From: Sphingomonas sp.
GTDB lineage: Bacteria; Pseudomonadota; Alphaproteobacteria; Sphingomonadales; Sphingomonadaceae
NCBI RefSeq assembly: GCF_965227385.1
Contig: NZ_OZ245750.1
Location: forward strand, 3,360,552-3,424,551
DNA: 64,000 bases
Direction of reading: 5' to 3'
In this document: positions 8,914 through 17,612 of the stretch, piece by piece
How the letters are laid out: each line of letters opens with the position of its first letter
Position numbering within the stretch: the stretch's first letter is position 1
Position numbers and translations under genes: made by a program
The notes under the pieces: model-generated
Seen by the model: only the letters and a program-made list of their open reading frames with translations
The model's database searches: none
What the model was told of the DNA's origin: nothing

Positions 8914-10674
8914 TCATTGCGCGGGCGGGTATTTCTCCGCCAGCGCGGCGCGGACATCTGCCGCCTTGATCGCCCGCCATTGCCGCGACGGCTCTTCGCC
9001 CGCAGCCAGGCTGATCGGGCGGATCAACAGGCGGTACTCGAACCCCTGCGGCGTCCCGCCACCGGCGCTGTAGCCATAGCCATAGCCATAGGTCACGGTG
9101 CGTTCGACCAGCACGGCACTCTCGATGACAAAGGCGTCCTTGCCCAGCCCGCGAACATGGTCCGCCGCCACCAGCATCGCCGCCTCCTCGACCATCGCCG
9201 GACTGGCCGAAAGGCTGCCCATCCGCAGGTTCACCAATTGGGGATCGTCGCTCTTCATGACCCGATATCCTTCCATATCGGTGCGCCAGAAATTGCTCCC
9301 CTCGTCCCGCATCTTGGGCATGGCTGCGGCATGCTCGCCGCGCGGCAGCAGCTTGACCAAATCGCCGAACCCCAATTGCAGCATCTTGGTCATGCCCAGG
9401 TCCTGCATCCGCCGGATCTGGTCGATCGTCGCATCGATCGCGCGGGCTTCCGCCGGATCGTCCGCCCGCAGTTGCGCGATCAGGTCGGACATGACGACCA
9501 TCGCCTCGCCGCGTGGCCGCTCGGTCTCGTCGGACAGCGCCTTCATCGTCAGCTTGCTCGCCCGCAACCGCAGGGCGATGGCCCGAGACCAGTCGTCCAG
9601 CACTGCGGTCGCCTTGTCCCCAGCGGCAACGCGGCGGCGATAATCCTCCTCCACCCGTTTGGGCTGCTTGCGCCCGTCGGGGCGCGGTGGCGGGGGCTCG
9701 ACGGCAAAGGCAACCTCGTCCCGCGCACCCTTCAGTTCGATCGCCGATTGTTCGGTCTTCCCCGAAGCGAGCAGCGCATAGGCCCTGGCACCGCGAATGG
9801 CGGCGCGATCCTGGATCTCGTCATATTTGCGATCGTCATCGCCGCTCAGCGTCCAGCCACCACGGCTTTTGGGAAGGTCGAAACTGATCTGGTCGGCATA
9901 GAGCGCGGCATTCTCGAAATCCCCGGTCTGCAGCGCGATCATCAGCATCAGCCGGAGCATGACCGGATTGTAGGAGGCCTGTTCGCGCAGCTGGGCGATA
10001 CGATTGCCGCGATCGGTGTCGAACAAGAGCCGGATCGCTGACGCCATCCGCCGCACGCTGGGCGAAAAAGGCCGCCGTGCGACAATCGAGTCGAGCATCT
10101 TCTGCGCCTCGGTCGCCTTCTTGGTCCGGTAGAGCGCGATGGCGCGCAGCGCGTCGCTTCCCAGACGGGTCGCCGCAAGCTCTTCCGGCGTGGCGTAGGT
10201 CGCGTGGAAGGTATCGAACTCGTCGAGAGTCGCCAGGGCGGTTGCGTCGCTCTTTTCGGCCAGTTCGTGCAGCGCGCGGGCACGGAGCAGCGAGAGACGG
10301 CGATTGCGAAACTCCGGCACTAGCATGGGGTCCGCGAGCGTCCGCTCGCACGCCGCGCTGCCCTGCACCCCGAACGACCGCAGCCGAATGCCGTAGTTCG
10401 GCCCCAGCCCGCCCCAGCCGCGATGTTCGGGCTGTGTATCGCCGGGCTTCAGCTTCTTCCTGGGGTTGGGGGCGGGATAGCCGTCACAGGCCGGATAATC
10501 CGACGCAGTGGCGGGCTGGGGCGCGACCGGGTTGGATGGAGTGGCCGGCGGTACAACTGCCATCGGCGGTGGCGGGGACGGCACTTCGACCGCCTCCGCC
10601 TGCCCCGCCTGCGCGCCATTTGCCAACCCGCCGGTCGCCAAGACGCCGACCAACGCTCCCCACAATCCCCGCAT
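8914..10674 (-). CDS. Large secreted hypothetical protein (~586 aa) with helical/TPR-like core
   Basis: Signal peptide MRGLWGALVGVLATGGLANGAQA, Pro-rich linker, long open frame with GC3 bias. The ORF-track extension to 11124 overlaps the peptidase and is rejected. Confidence 0.75.
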   Translation of the reverse strand: MRGLWGALVGVLATGGLANGAQAGQAEAVEVPSPPPPMAVVPPATPSNPVAPQPATASDYPACDGYPAPNPRKKLKPGDTQPEHRGWGGLGPNYGIRLRSFGVQGSAACERTLADPMLVPEFRNRRLSLLRARALHELAEKSDATALATLDEFDTFHATYATPEELAATRLGSDALRAIALYRTKKATEAQKMLDSIVARRPFSPSVRRMASAIRLLFDTDRGNRIAQLREQASYNPVMLRLMLMIALQTGDFENAALYADQISFDLPKSRGGWTLSGDDDRKYDEIQDRAAIRGARAYALLASGKTEQSAIELKGARDEVAFAVEPPPPRPDGRKQPKRVEEDYRRRVAAGDKATAVLDDWSRAIALRLRASKLTMKALSDETERPRGEAMVVMSDLIAQLRADDPAEARAIDATIDQIRRMQDLGMTKMLQLGFGDLVKLLPRGEHAAAMPKMRDEGSNFWRTDMEGYRVMKSDDPQLVNLRMGSLSASPAMVEEAAMLVAADHVRGLGKDAFVIESAVLVERTVTYGYGYGYSAGGGTPQGFEYRLLIRPISLAAGEEPSRQWRAIKAADVRAALAEKYPPAQ

Positions 10675-10790
10675 CGAAAGCCCCCTCACGATTCGTCGCG
10701 AAGATAGCGGCAGCCGGATGGGGCAGAAAGCGGCAAACATGCCGCAATCTCGACGGCCCCCGGGGACTGGGTGCCCCCGGCGACCGGCGT

Positions 10791-12941
10791 TTACTGGACC
10801 GGCTTGACGTCGAGCCCGGTCCACTTGGCGGCGAAGGCCCAGAGGTCGGAAGTCTCCTCGATGATCTTGTCGGTCGGCTTGCCCGAGCCATGACCAGCAC
10901 GGGTTTCGATCCGGACGAGATGCGGCTTGGGGCCGATGTCCGCCGCCTGCAGCGCGGCGGTGTATTTGAAAGTGTGGCCCGGCACCACGCGGTCGTCGGT
11001 ATCCGCAGTCGTGGCGAGGATAGCCGGATAGGTCTTGCCCGACTGGATGTTGTGATAGGGCGAGTAGCTGCGCAGAATTTTCCAGTCGGCTTCCTTCGAC
11101 GGATAGCCGTAATCGTCGACCCAATAGCGCCCCGCGGTCCAGCGGTCGAAGCGCAGCATGTCCATCACGCCGACGGCGGGCATCGCCGCGGCGAACAGAT
11201 CGGGGCGCTGATTGACGACCGCGCCGACCAGCAGGCCACCGTTCGACCCGCCCTGAATGGCGAGGCCGTCTTTCTTCGTGATCCCCTCAGCGATCAGATA
11301 TTCGCCCGCCGCGATGAAATCGTCGAACACATTCTGCTTGTTCTTGAGGCGACCGCCATCGTGCCATGCCTTACCATATTCGCCGCCGCCGCGAATATTG
11401 GCGAGGACGAACACCCCGCCCTGCTCCATCCAGGCCAGCCGCGCGGCGCTGAACGCCGGGCCATAGCTGATGTTGAACCCGCCATAGGCCCAGAGCAGGG
11501 TCGGCGCCGGGCCGGTCACATCCTTGCGCTTGACCACGAACATCGGAACCTTGGTCCCGTCCTTCGAGCTGAAGAAGCGCTGCTCCACGGCATATTTGGT
11601 CGGGTCGAACGCCACCTTGGGCTTGGCCCATTCGGTCGCTTTTCCCGTCTTGATATCATAGCGGTAGATGGTGGTGGGCGTGTTGAAGCTGGTGAAGGCG
11701 TAAAACGCCTCGCTTTCGTCCGGGTCGCCGGTGAAGCCCGCGACACTGCCGATCCCTGGGGTCTCGACCTTGCCGAGCAACTTGCCGTCGAGCGAATACC
11801 GGCGCAGTTCATCCTTGGCATCGACCAGATAATTGATGAGCAGCTGGCCGCCGGCAATGCCGGCGCCTTCCATCGTCGCCTTGTCCTCACCGATCAGGTC
11901 GGTCGCTACCGGATTGGCGGCGGCGACGTCCATCGTGACAACCTTCTTACGCGACGCGCCCTTGTCGGTGGTCCAGAAGAATTTGCTGCCGATATTGCCG
12001 GCCAGGCTCCACTCATTCTCGAGCCCCTTGATGATCGTGCGCGGCTTTGCAGCGGCATCCTTGAGGTTGAGGATGGTGATCTCGTAGCGATTGTCGGTCC
12101 CCTCGGTCGTGGTGATGACCAGCCAATTGCCGTCATCGGTGACCTGCGCGAAATGGCCACGCCGGGGGTGATCGGGCGTCGCGTAGATCAGCTTGTCCTG
12201 ATCCTGGCTGGTGCCGATGCGGTGGAAATAGACCGCCTGGTTTTCGTTGAGCGCCTGGAACGCCTCACCTTCCCGGACTGCGGGGAAACGCGAATAATAG
12301 AAGCCCGAGCCATCCTTGGCCCAGGACAGGGCGCTAAACTTGATCCATTTCAGCTCGTCCCCCAGCGTCTTGCCGGTGGCGACATCCATCACCCGCACCG
12401 TGCGCCAGTCCGAACCGCCGTCCTGGATGCCATAGACGAGCAGCTTGCCATCCTCCGACGGTACCCACTCCGACAGCGCGGTTGCGCCGTCCTTGGCCCA
12501 GCCATTGGGGTCGATCAGCACCCGCGCTGCGCCGTCGAGGCTGTCGCGCACCCACAGCACGTTCTGATTCTGAAGCCCCGTATTGTGGCTGTAGAAATAG
12601 CGGCTGCCCTTGCGGGTCGGGAGGCCAAAGCGTTCATAGTCGAACAGCTGCTTGATCCGGGCCTTGAAGATGTCGCGGCCGGGCAGCGTGTCGAGATAGG
12701 CGTCGGTCACCTTATTCTGGGCCGCGACCCATTCGGCGACTTCCTTGTCGTTGCGGACGTCGTTTTCGAGCCAGCGATAGGGGTCGGCGACCTTTTCCCC
12801 GAACGCCTCGTCGACGACATCGACGCGGCGGGTGTCGGGATAGGAAAGCGGTGCGGTCATGGTCGGCGCGGACTCCGGGCTGGCAACGGCGATGGGCGAA
12901 ACAAACAAAAGCGGCAGGGCGAGAATCGACGCGCGGCGCAT
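10791..12941 (-). CDS. Prolyl oligopeptidase (S9A), exported
   Basis: DPYRWLE, NIRGGGEYG, GGSNGG nucleophile, DTDDRV, AGHG triad motifs; signal peptide. Confidence 0.95.
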   Translation of the reverse strand: MRRASILALPLLFVSPIAVASPESAPTMTAPLSYPDTRRVDVVDEAFGEKVADPYRWLENDVRNDKEVAEWVAAQNKVTDAYLDTLPGRDIFKARIKQLFDYERFGLPTRKGSRYFYSHNTGLQNQNVLWVRDSLDGAARVLIDPNGWAKDGATALSEWVPSEDGKLLVYGIQDGGSDWRTVRVMDVATGKTLGDELKWIKFSALSWAKDGSGFYYSRFPAVREGEAFQALNENQAVYFHRIGTSQDQDKLIYATPDHPRRGHFAQVTDDGNWLVITTTEGTDNRYEITILNLKDAAAKPRTIIKGLENEWSLAGNIGSKFFWTTDKGASRKKVVTMDVAAANPVATDLIGEDKATMEGAGIAGGQLLINYLVDAKDELRRYSLDGKLLGKVETPGIGSVAGFTGDPDESEAFYAFTSFNTPTTIYRYDIKTGKATEWAKPKVAFDPTKYAVEQRFFSSKDGTKVPMFVVKRKDVTGPAPTLLWAYGGFNISYGPAFSAARLAWMEQGGVFVLANIRGGGEYGKAWHDGGRLKNKQNVFDDFIAAGEYLIAEGITKKDGLAIQGGSNGGLLVGAVVNQRPDLFAAAMPAVGVMDMLRFDRWTAGRYWVDDYGYPSKEADWKILRSYSPYHNIQSGKTYPAILATTADTDDRVVPGHTFKYTAALQAADIGPKPHLVRIETRAGHGSGKPTDKIIEETSDLWAFAAKWTGLDVKPVQ

Positions 12942-13224
12942 TGGTATCTCCTGAAACGGAAGCGCCTTACCCTATTGCGACACTGCGCAGGGTCAAGCGG
13001 GCCGTCCGACGATGCTGACAGAAAAGCGGGGGTTTTCCGGGCGAGGCGACCGGTTTGCCACCGCAATGGCACACCAACGCGACCGCCGCGCGACACCGAC
13101 GCGACAGTAACGCGCCGTCCGGACGACAGTGTCAGGCACGGCCCTTGGCTGGCGATCGGGGTTGGAGCGGCGGGGCATCGACCAGATTAGATCCGAGGAA
13201 ATCCAACATTCAAAGCCCCGATTC

Positions 13225-13341
13225 TCACGCGAAGGACATCAGCGCGCTTTCATAGGCGACCCAGCTCATGACCATCAGCGGGAGCGTCGCAAAGGCGAGC
13301 GCCACTGCGTTGCTTGCTCGATGTCCACGCGTATTTTTCAT
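13225..13341 (-). CDS. Small hydrophobic protein (38 aa), sigma54-promoter-associated
   Basis: MKNTRGHRASNAVALAFATLPLMVMSWVAYESALMSFA*; AGGAGG RBS at 13347-13352; -24/-12 element just upstream. Confidence 0.6.
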   Translation of the reverse strand: MKNTRGHRASNAVALAFATLPLMVMSWVAYESALMSFA

Positions 13342-13365
13342 CCAATCCTCCTGCGCCGCAGTGTT

Positions 13366-13381
13366 TGCAGGGCGCGTGCCA
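13366..13381 (-). promoter_or_regulatory. Putative sigma54 (-24/-12) promoter
   Basis: Minus strand TGGCACGCGCCCTGCA = GG-N10-GC with TGGCACG; expected TSS ~13355, just before the RBS of 13225-13341. Confidence 0.6.
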
Positions 13382-13508
13382 AATCGGCGATCGGCGGATT
13401 TCCGTCGGTTCTTCCGTTGGATCGTAAATGGGGAGTCGGACGCCGTACCAAAGTTCAGCGATTCTTACGGTGCCGCAACATTAGCTTGGGACGCCGCACC
13501 GTGGCAGG

Positions 13509-13877
13509 ATGAAGCGGATGTTCCTATCTGCCCTTATCCTCGCCACCCAGCCGCAGGCCGCCCCCGCCGCCGATGCCAGTCACTGCATCCGCGCGGCTCA
13601 GCCGGTCAGCGGGACGATCGGGACGCTGGAAAATCGCTGTCCCGATCGGCTGGTGGTGTTCATGTGCGTGACCGGACCGCCGGTGGCTGCGCGCGAGACC
13701 TATTTCGACTGCGCCAAGGGGCAGGTCGGGAGCTACGACGTGAAGGCGCACGGCAGCGCTCCGGCGATCTTTGCCGGGGCGCGACGGGTGCACATGTTCG
13801 CGTGCCGGTTTCCGCAGTTCCTGCCGCGCGATGTGCGGTATCACCATGGGCGAGGGCTGAAGGGGGTCTGTCGATAA
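13509..13877 (+). CDS. Secreted hypothetical protein with six Cys
   Basis: Signal-like N-terminus MKRMFLSALILATQPQAA, six cysteines, GC3-rich codons. Confidence 0.7.
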   Translation: MKRMFLSALILATQPQAAPAADASHCIRAAQPVSGTIGTLENRCPDRLVVFMCVTGPPVAARETYFDCAKGQVGSYDVKAHGSAPAIFAGARRVHMFACRFPQFLPRDVRYHHGRGLKGVCR

Positions 13878-13906
13878 CGCGGCGGCGCCAGTTGCCTTTC
13901 CTCCTG

Positions 13907-13990
13907 CCGTCATCCTGAACTTGGTTCAGTTCCACGGGCGACTGAGCAGCGGGTGGCGGGGTGGATGCTGAAACAAGTTCAGCATGACGG
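13907..13990. repeat. REP-like palindrome (GTCATCCTGAACTTG...CAAGTTCAGCATGAC type)
   Basis: ccgtcatcctgaacttggttcag / ctgaaacaagttcagcatgacgg inverted arms. Confidence 0.75.
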
Positions 13991-14015
13991 AAGAAGAAGA
14001 AGAAGAAGAAGAAGA
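13990..14015. repeat. (GAA)8 trinucleotide microsatellite
   Basis: Counted directly: eight GAA plus GA. Confidence 0.95.
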
Positions 14016-14069
14016 CCCTCCCCAACCCTCCCGCAAGCGAGCGGGCTTCAGAAGAAGCGGGAGGAGGGT
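14008..14069. repeat. CCCTCCC...CGCAAGCG-type intergenic hairpin repeat
   Basis: agaagaagaccctccccaaccctcccgcaagcg...; same start as the element at 19955-20002. Confidence 0.6.
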
Positions 14070-14137
14070 GACGCCGCCGCCGATCAGGCGCGTCTGTTGA
14101 GAAGAGCGAGCGGCGGTTAGCCCGCCCCAAACGAGAA

Positions 14138-14167
14138 GGGGCGGCCGCACCGTCGTGCGACCGCCCC
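14138..14167 (-). terminator. Likely intrinsic terminator of the rpsM-rpsK-rpoA-rplQ operon
   Basis: ggggcggccgcac-cgtc-gtgcgaccgcccc hairpin followed on the minus strand by TTCTCGTTT. Confidence 0.55.
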
Positions 14168-14193
14168 AGCTCTGGTCGATGAAGCGCCCGAAA

Positions 14194-14616
14194 TCAGGCT
14201 GCTTCGTCGAAATCTTCGTCGGTCATCACCGGACCCGAGTCCTGACCCTTGGCCGAGACATCGCGGTCGACGAGTTCGATGATCGCCATCGGTGCCGCGT
14301 CCGAAGCGCGCGGGCCCGTCTTGATGATGCGGGTGTAGCCGCCATTGCGGTCGGCGTAGCGCGACGCAAGCACGTCGAACAGCTTCACCAGCTGCGCGTC
14401 GTCAAGCAGACGCGCGTGCGCGAGACGGCGGTTCGAAAGACCACCCTTCTTCGCCAGCGTGATCAGCTTTTCGACGTAGGGACGCAGTTCCTTCGCCTTG
14501 GCGACGGTGGTGGTGATCTGCTCGTGCTTGATCAGCGCGGCCGACATGTTGCGGAACAGCGCGATGCGATGGGCCGAGGTGCGCTGGAGCTTACGACCGC
14601 CGTACTTATGGCGCAT
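14194..14616 (-). CDS. rplQ: 50S ribosomal protein L17
   Basis: [17 protein letters not shown]...GGYTRIIK...[10 protein letters not shown]. Confidence 0.99.
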   Translation of the reverse strand: MRHKYGGRKLQRTSAHRIALFRNMSAALIKHEQITTTVAKAKELRPYVEKLITLAKKGGLSNRRLAHARLLDDAQLVKLFDVLASRYADRNGGYTRIIKTGPRASDAAPMAIIELVDRDVSAKGQDSGPVMTDEDFDEAA

Positions 14617-14805
14617 GATGTCTTCCTTCGTTCGTTAAGGGGCCGTCTTACGGAACCCCAGACCAGGCAGCACTTGGGGTGGCAGCCCATTGACCCTTCT
14701 TCCAGGAGGCCTGCCGCGGCAAAGCCGCGGCGTCAGACGGAGCCTGCGGCCCCGCTGGCCGGACTGGCGCTGTATCCGGGTTAGCTTGCGCTAACCCGGT
14801 GCAGC

Positions 14806-15867
14806 TCAGCCCATGATTTCCTGCTCGAGCTTCTTGGCCATCTCTTCGATATTCTCAGGCGGCCAGCCCGGGATTTCCATGCCGAGGCGCAGACCCATCG
14901 ACGACAGCACTTCCTTGATTTCGTTCAGCGACTTGCGGCCGAAATTCGGGGTGCGCAGCATCTCGGCTTCGGTCTTCTGGACCAGATCGCCGATATAGAT
15001 GATGTTGTCGTTCTTGAGGCAGTTGGCCGAACGGACCGACAGCTCGAGCTCGTCCACCTTCTTGAGCAGGTAGCGGTTGATCGTCGCGGTATCGCTGCTG
15101 CCTTCCGACGCAGTCGACTGGGCGGCGACGCCGACCGGCGCGCTGCGCGTGATCGCCGAATCGTCGAAGTGGACGAACAGCGCCAGCTGGTCCTGAAGGA
15201 TGCGCGCGGCATAAGCGAGCGCGTCTTCCGGAGTGACGGTGCCGTCGGTCTCGATCGACAGGCTCAGCTTGTCATAGTCGAGTTCCTGACCCACGCGGGT
15301 GTTCTCGACCTTGTAGCTGACCTGGCGGACGGGCGAGTAGAGCGCATCGACCGGGATCAGACCGATCGGCGCATCCGCCGGACGGTTCGCACTGGCCGGG
15401 ACATAGCCCTTGCCGGTATCGGCGATGAGTTCCATGTTCAGCGTCGCACCATCGTCGAGATGGCACAGCACCAGTTCCGGGTTCATCACTTCGATGTCGC
15501 CCGAGACAGCGATGTCGCCAGCCTTCACCTCGGCCGGGCCGGTTGCGCTCAGCTGGAGGCGCTTCGCACCTTCGCCCTGCATGCGCAGCGCGATCTGCTT
15601 CACGTTGAGGACGAGATCGGTCACGTCCTCACGCACGCCGGCGAGCGAGCTGAATTCGTGCAGCACGTTTTCGATCTTGATCGAGGTCACCGCCGCGCCC
15701 TGGAGCGACGAGAGCAGCACGCGGCGCAGCGCGTTGCCGAGCGTAAGACCGAAGCCACGCTCCAGCGGCTCAGCGACAAAGGTCGCCTTCCGCTTGCCGT
15801 CACCGCCCTTTTTCTCAAGGCCGTTCGGCTTCTTCAGTTCCTGCCAGTTCTTTGCGTTGACAGACAC
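14806..15867 (-). CDS. rpoA: RNA polymerase alpha subunit
   Basis: [22 protein letters not shown]; alpha-[16 protein letters not shown]. Confidence 0.99.
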   Translation of the reverse strand: MSVNAKNWQELKKPNGLEKKGGDGKRKATFVAEPLERGFGLTLGNALRRVLLSSLQGAAVTSIKIENVLHEFSSLAGVREDVTDLVLNVKQIALRMQGEGAKRLQLSATGPAEVKAGDIAVSGDIEVMNPELVLCHLDDGATLNMELIADTGKGYVPASANRPADAPIGLIPVDALYSPVRQVSYKVENTRVGQELDYDKLSLSIETDGTVTPEDALAYAARILQDQLALFVHFDDSAITRSAPVGVAAQSTASEGSSDTATINRYLLKKVDELELSVRSANCLKNDNIIYIGDLVQKTEAEMLRTPNFGRKSLNEIKEVLSSMGLRLGMEIPGWPPENIEEMAKKLEQEIMG

Positions 15868-15972
15868 AGGCTTCCCCTGGGTTGGGCGGGACAGGGGAGG
15901 TCCCGCCAGGATTGGAGCCGCCTCCAGCCCGGACCCGGCATCCCGAGGCCGCGACGGAGGCGGAAAGTCAAA

Positions 15973-16362
15973 TCAGACGCGGCGACGCTTCGACGGGCGC
16001 ACGCCATTGTGCGGGATCGAGGTCACATCGCGGATCGACGTGATCTGGAAACCAACCGCCTGCAGCGCACGGAGCGCCGATTCGCGGCCCGAACCCGGAC
16101 CCTTCACCTCGACCTCGAGCGTGCGGACGCCGTGCTCGGCAGCCTTGCGGCCTGCGTCCTCGGCTGCGACCTGGGCTGCATAAGGCGTCGACTTGCGCGA
16201 GCCCTTGAAGCCCATCATGCCGGCCGACGACCAGCTGATCGCGTTGCCCTGGGCGTCCGTGATCGTGATCATGGTGTTGTTGAAGCTGGCGTTCACATGG
16301 GCGACGCCGGCGGTGATGTTCTTGCGTTCGCGACGGCGAAGACGCTGCGGTGCTTGTGCCAT
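15973..16362 (-). CDS. rpsK: 30S ribosomal protein S11
   Basis: [25 protein letters not shown]. Confidence 0.99.
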   Translation of the reverse strand: MAQAPQRLRRRERKNITAGVAHVNASFNNTMITITDAQGNAISWSSAGMMGFKGSRKSTPYAAQVAAEDAGRKAAEHGVRTLEVEVKGPGSGRESALRALQAVGFQITSIRDVTSIPHNGVRPSKRRRV

Positions 16363-16420
16363 TATTCAGTAATCCTTCGAAAATCGAAGCAGGCGGGCCG
16401 CCGTGAAACGGCCCAGCGGC

Positions 16421-16789
16421 TTACTTCTTCTTGCCAGCGATCGGCTTCGCCTTGCCCTTGCGGGTACGGGCGTTGGTGTGCGTGCGCTGGCCGCGAACCG
16501 GCAGGCCCTTGCGATGACGCAGGCCGCGATAGCAGGCCAGATCCATCAGGCGCTTGATGTTCATCGCGGTCTGGCGACGAAGATCACCCTCGACCGTGTG
16601 GTCGGCGTCGATGGTTTCGCGGATCTGCAGCACTTCCGAATCGGTCAGGTCCTGCACGCGACGCTCAACGGTGATGCCGAGCTTTTCGGTGATTTCCTTG
16701 GCCTTTGCCGGGCCGATGCCGTGGATATACTGAAGCGCGATCAGAACGCGCTTGTTGGTGGGCAAGTTAACGCCCGCAATACGTGCCAT
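16421..16789 (-). CDS. rpsM: 30S ribosomal protein S13
   Basis: [36 protein letters not shown]. Confidence 0.99.
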   Translation of the reverse strand: MARIAGVNLPTNKRVLIALQYIHGIGPAKAKEITEKLGITVERRVQDLTDSEVLQIRETIDADHTVEGDLRRQTAMNIKRLMDLACYRGLRHRKGLPVRGQRTHTNARTRKGKAKPIAGKKK

Positions 16790-17031
16790 GAACTAAATTC
16801 TCCCAGCTCCACGGGGCGTGCATGGCAGCAAACCCCATCTCGTCGCGTTGACCCGAAACGCATGCGCGCGGCAGACGTGCACGCACGCTGCCGTTAGCCG
16901 GTGTTTCGGAAGATGGGCGACATATTGACCGCGGCCCGCACTGTCAAGCGCCGGGTCGGTGCAAAAATCGGTTCGGATGCCATACACCAAAGCGGGACAG
17001 CGGCCAAGCGCTCACGATGGAGGCCGTGACC

Positions 17032-17553
17032 CTATTCGGCACGCTCCGCCGCAGCCTTGAGCCCCGGCATCTGCGCGGCGATGACCCCGTCGACCGGGGC
17101 GGCGAGCGTGGCGAGGCCTGCGGGATGGAAGCCGCCGACGACATAGGTGACGGTCAGCGTGGTCCCCTGCCCATCCGGCTTGAGTGCGAAGGTCATCGTC
17201 GCGGTGACGGCACCGCTTTGCAGTGGACCGAACGCACCGGACAGCCGCAGCGCCTTGCCCCGCACGGCATAGACGGTACGGCCATGCTCGACCGCGCCGC
17301 CGTCCAGCGTCTCGCACCAGCAGCCGCCGGGACGGGTGTCCCAGCTGATGTTGGCAGCATTGCCCGAGTAGGTGTGGTCCTTGCTCCACCACAGCGAGGG
17401 CCGCGCGATGGTGTCCCACACCTTTTCGGGCGGCGCGGCGATGACAAGGCGGTGCGTGGAGACGAAGCCACCGCCGTCCGACCGGGTCAGTTCCGCCGCC
17501 GCCGGTGCGGCGGCCAACGTCGTCATGAGTGCTGCTGCAACGCGTGTCTTCAT
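17032..17553 (-). CDS. Exported SRPBCC/polyketide-cyclase-like protein
   Basis: Signal peptide MKTRVAAALMTTLAAAPAAA; APPEKVW, WW..DHTYSG, LRLSGAFGPLQ. Confidence 0.8.
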   Translation of the reverse strand: MKTRVAAALMTTLAAAPAAAELTRSDGGGFVSTHRLVIAAPPEKVWDTIARPSLWWSKDHTYSGNAANISWDTRPGGCWCETLDGGAVEHGRTVYAVRGKALRLSGAFGPLQSGAVTATMTFALKPDGQGTTLTVTYVVGGFHPAGLATLAAPVDGVIAAQMPGLKAAAERAE

Positions 17554-17612
17554 GCGCCCCCTCCCCGCCATGCCCGACCGGGAGGGTGCGCCGCAGCCAC
17601 CGGATGGTCAAT

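Noticed and set aside
10077-13190. 1037-aa plus-strand ORF, and similar long ORFs such as 17529-19913, 20117-21832, 2631-4292 and 15169-16557
   Set aside because: Antisense shadows of well-supported genes in a high-GC3 genome; Arg/Gly/Pro-rich with no recognisable motifs.
13907-14069. CRISPR array or integron attC interpretation of the palindromic repeats
   Set aside because: No regularly spaced identical repeats with unique spacers, no cas or intI genes, and no convincing RYYYAAC/GTTRRRY boundaries.
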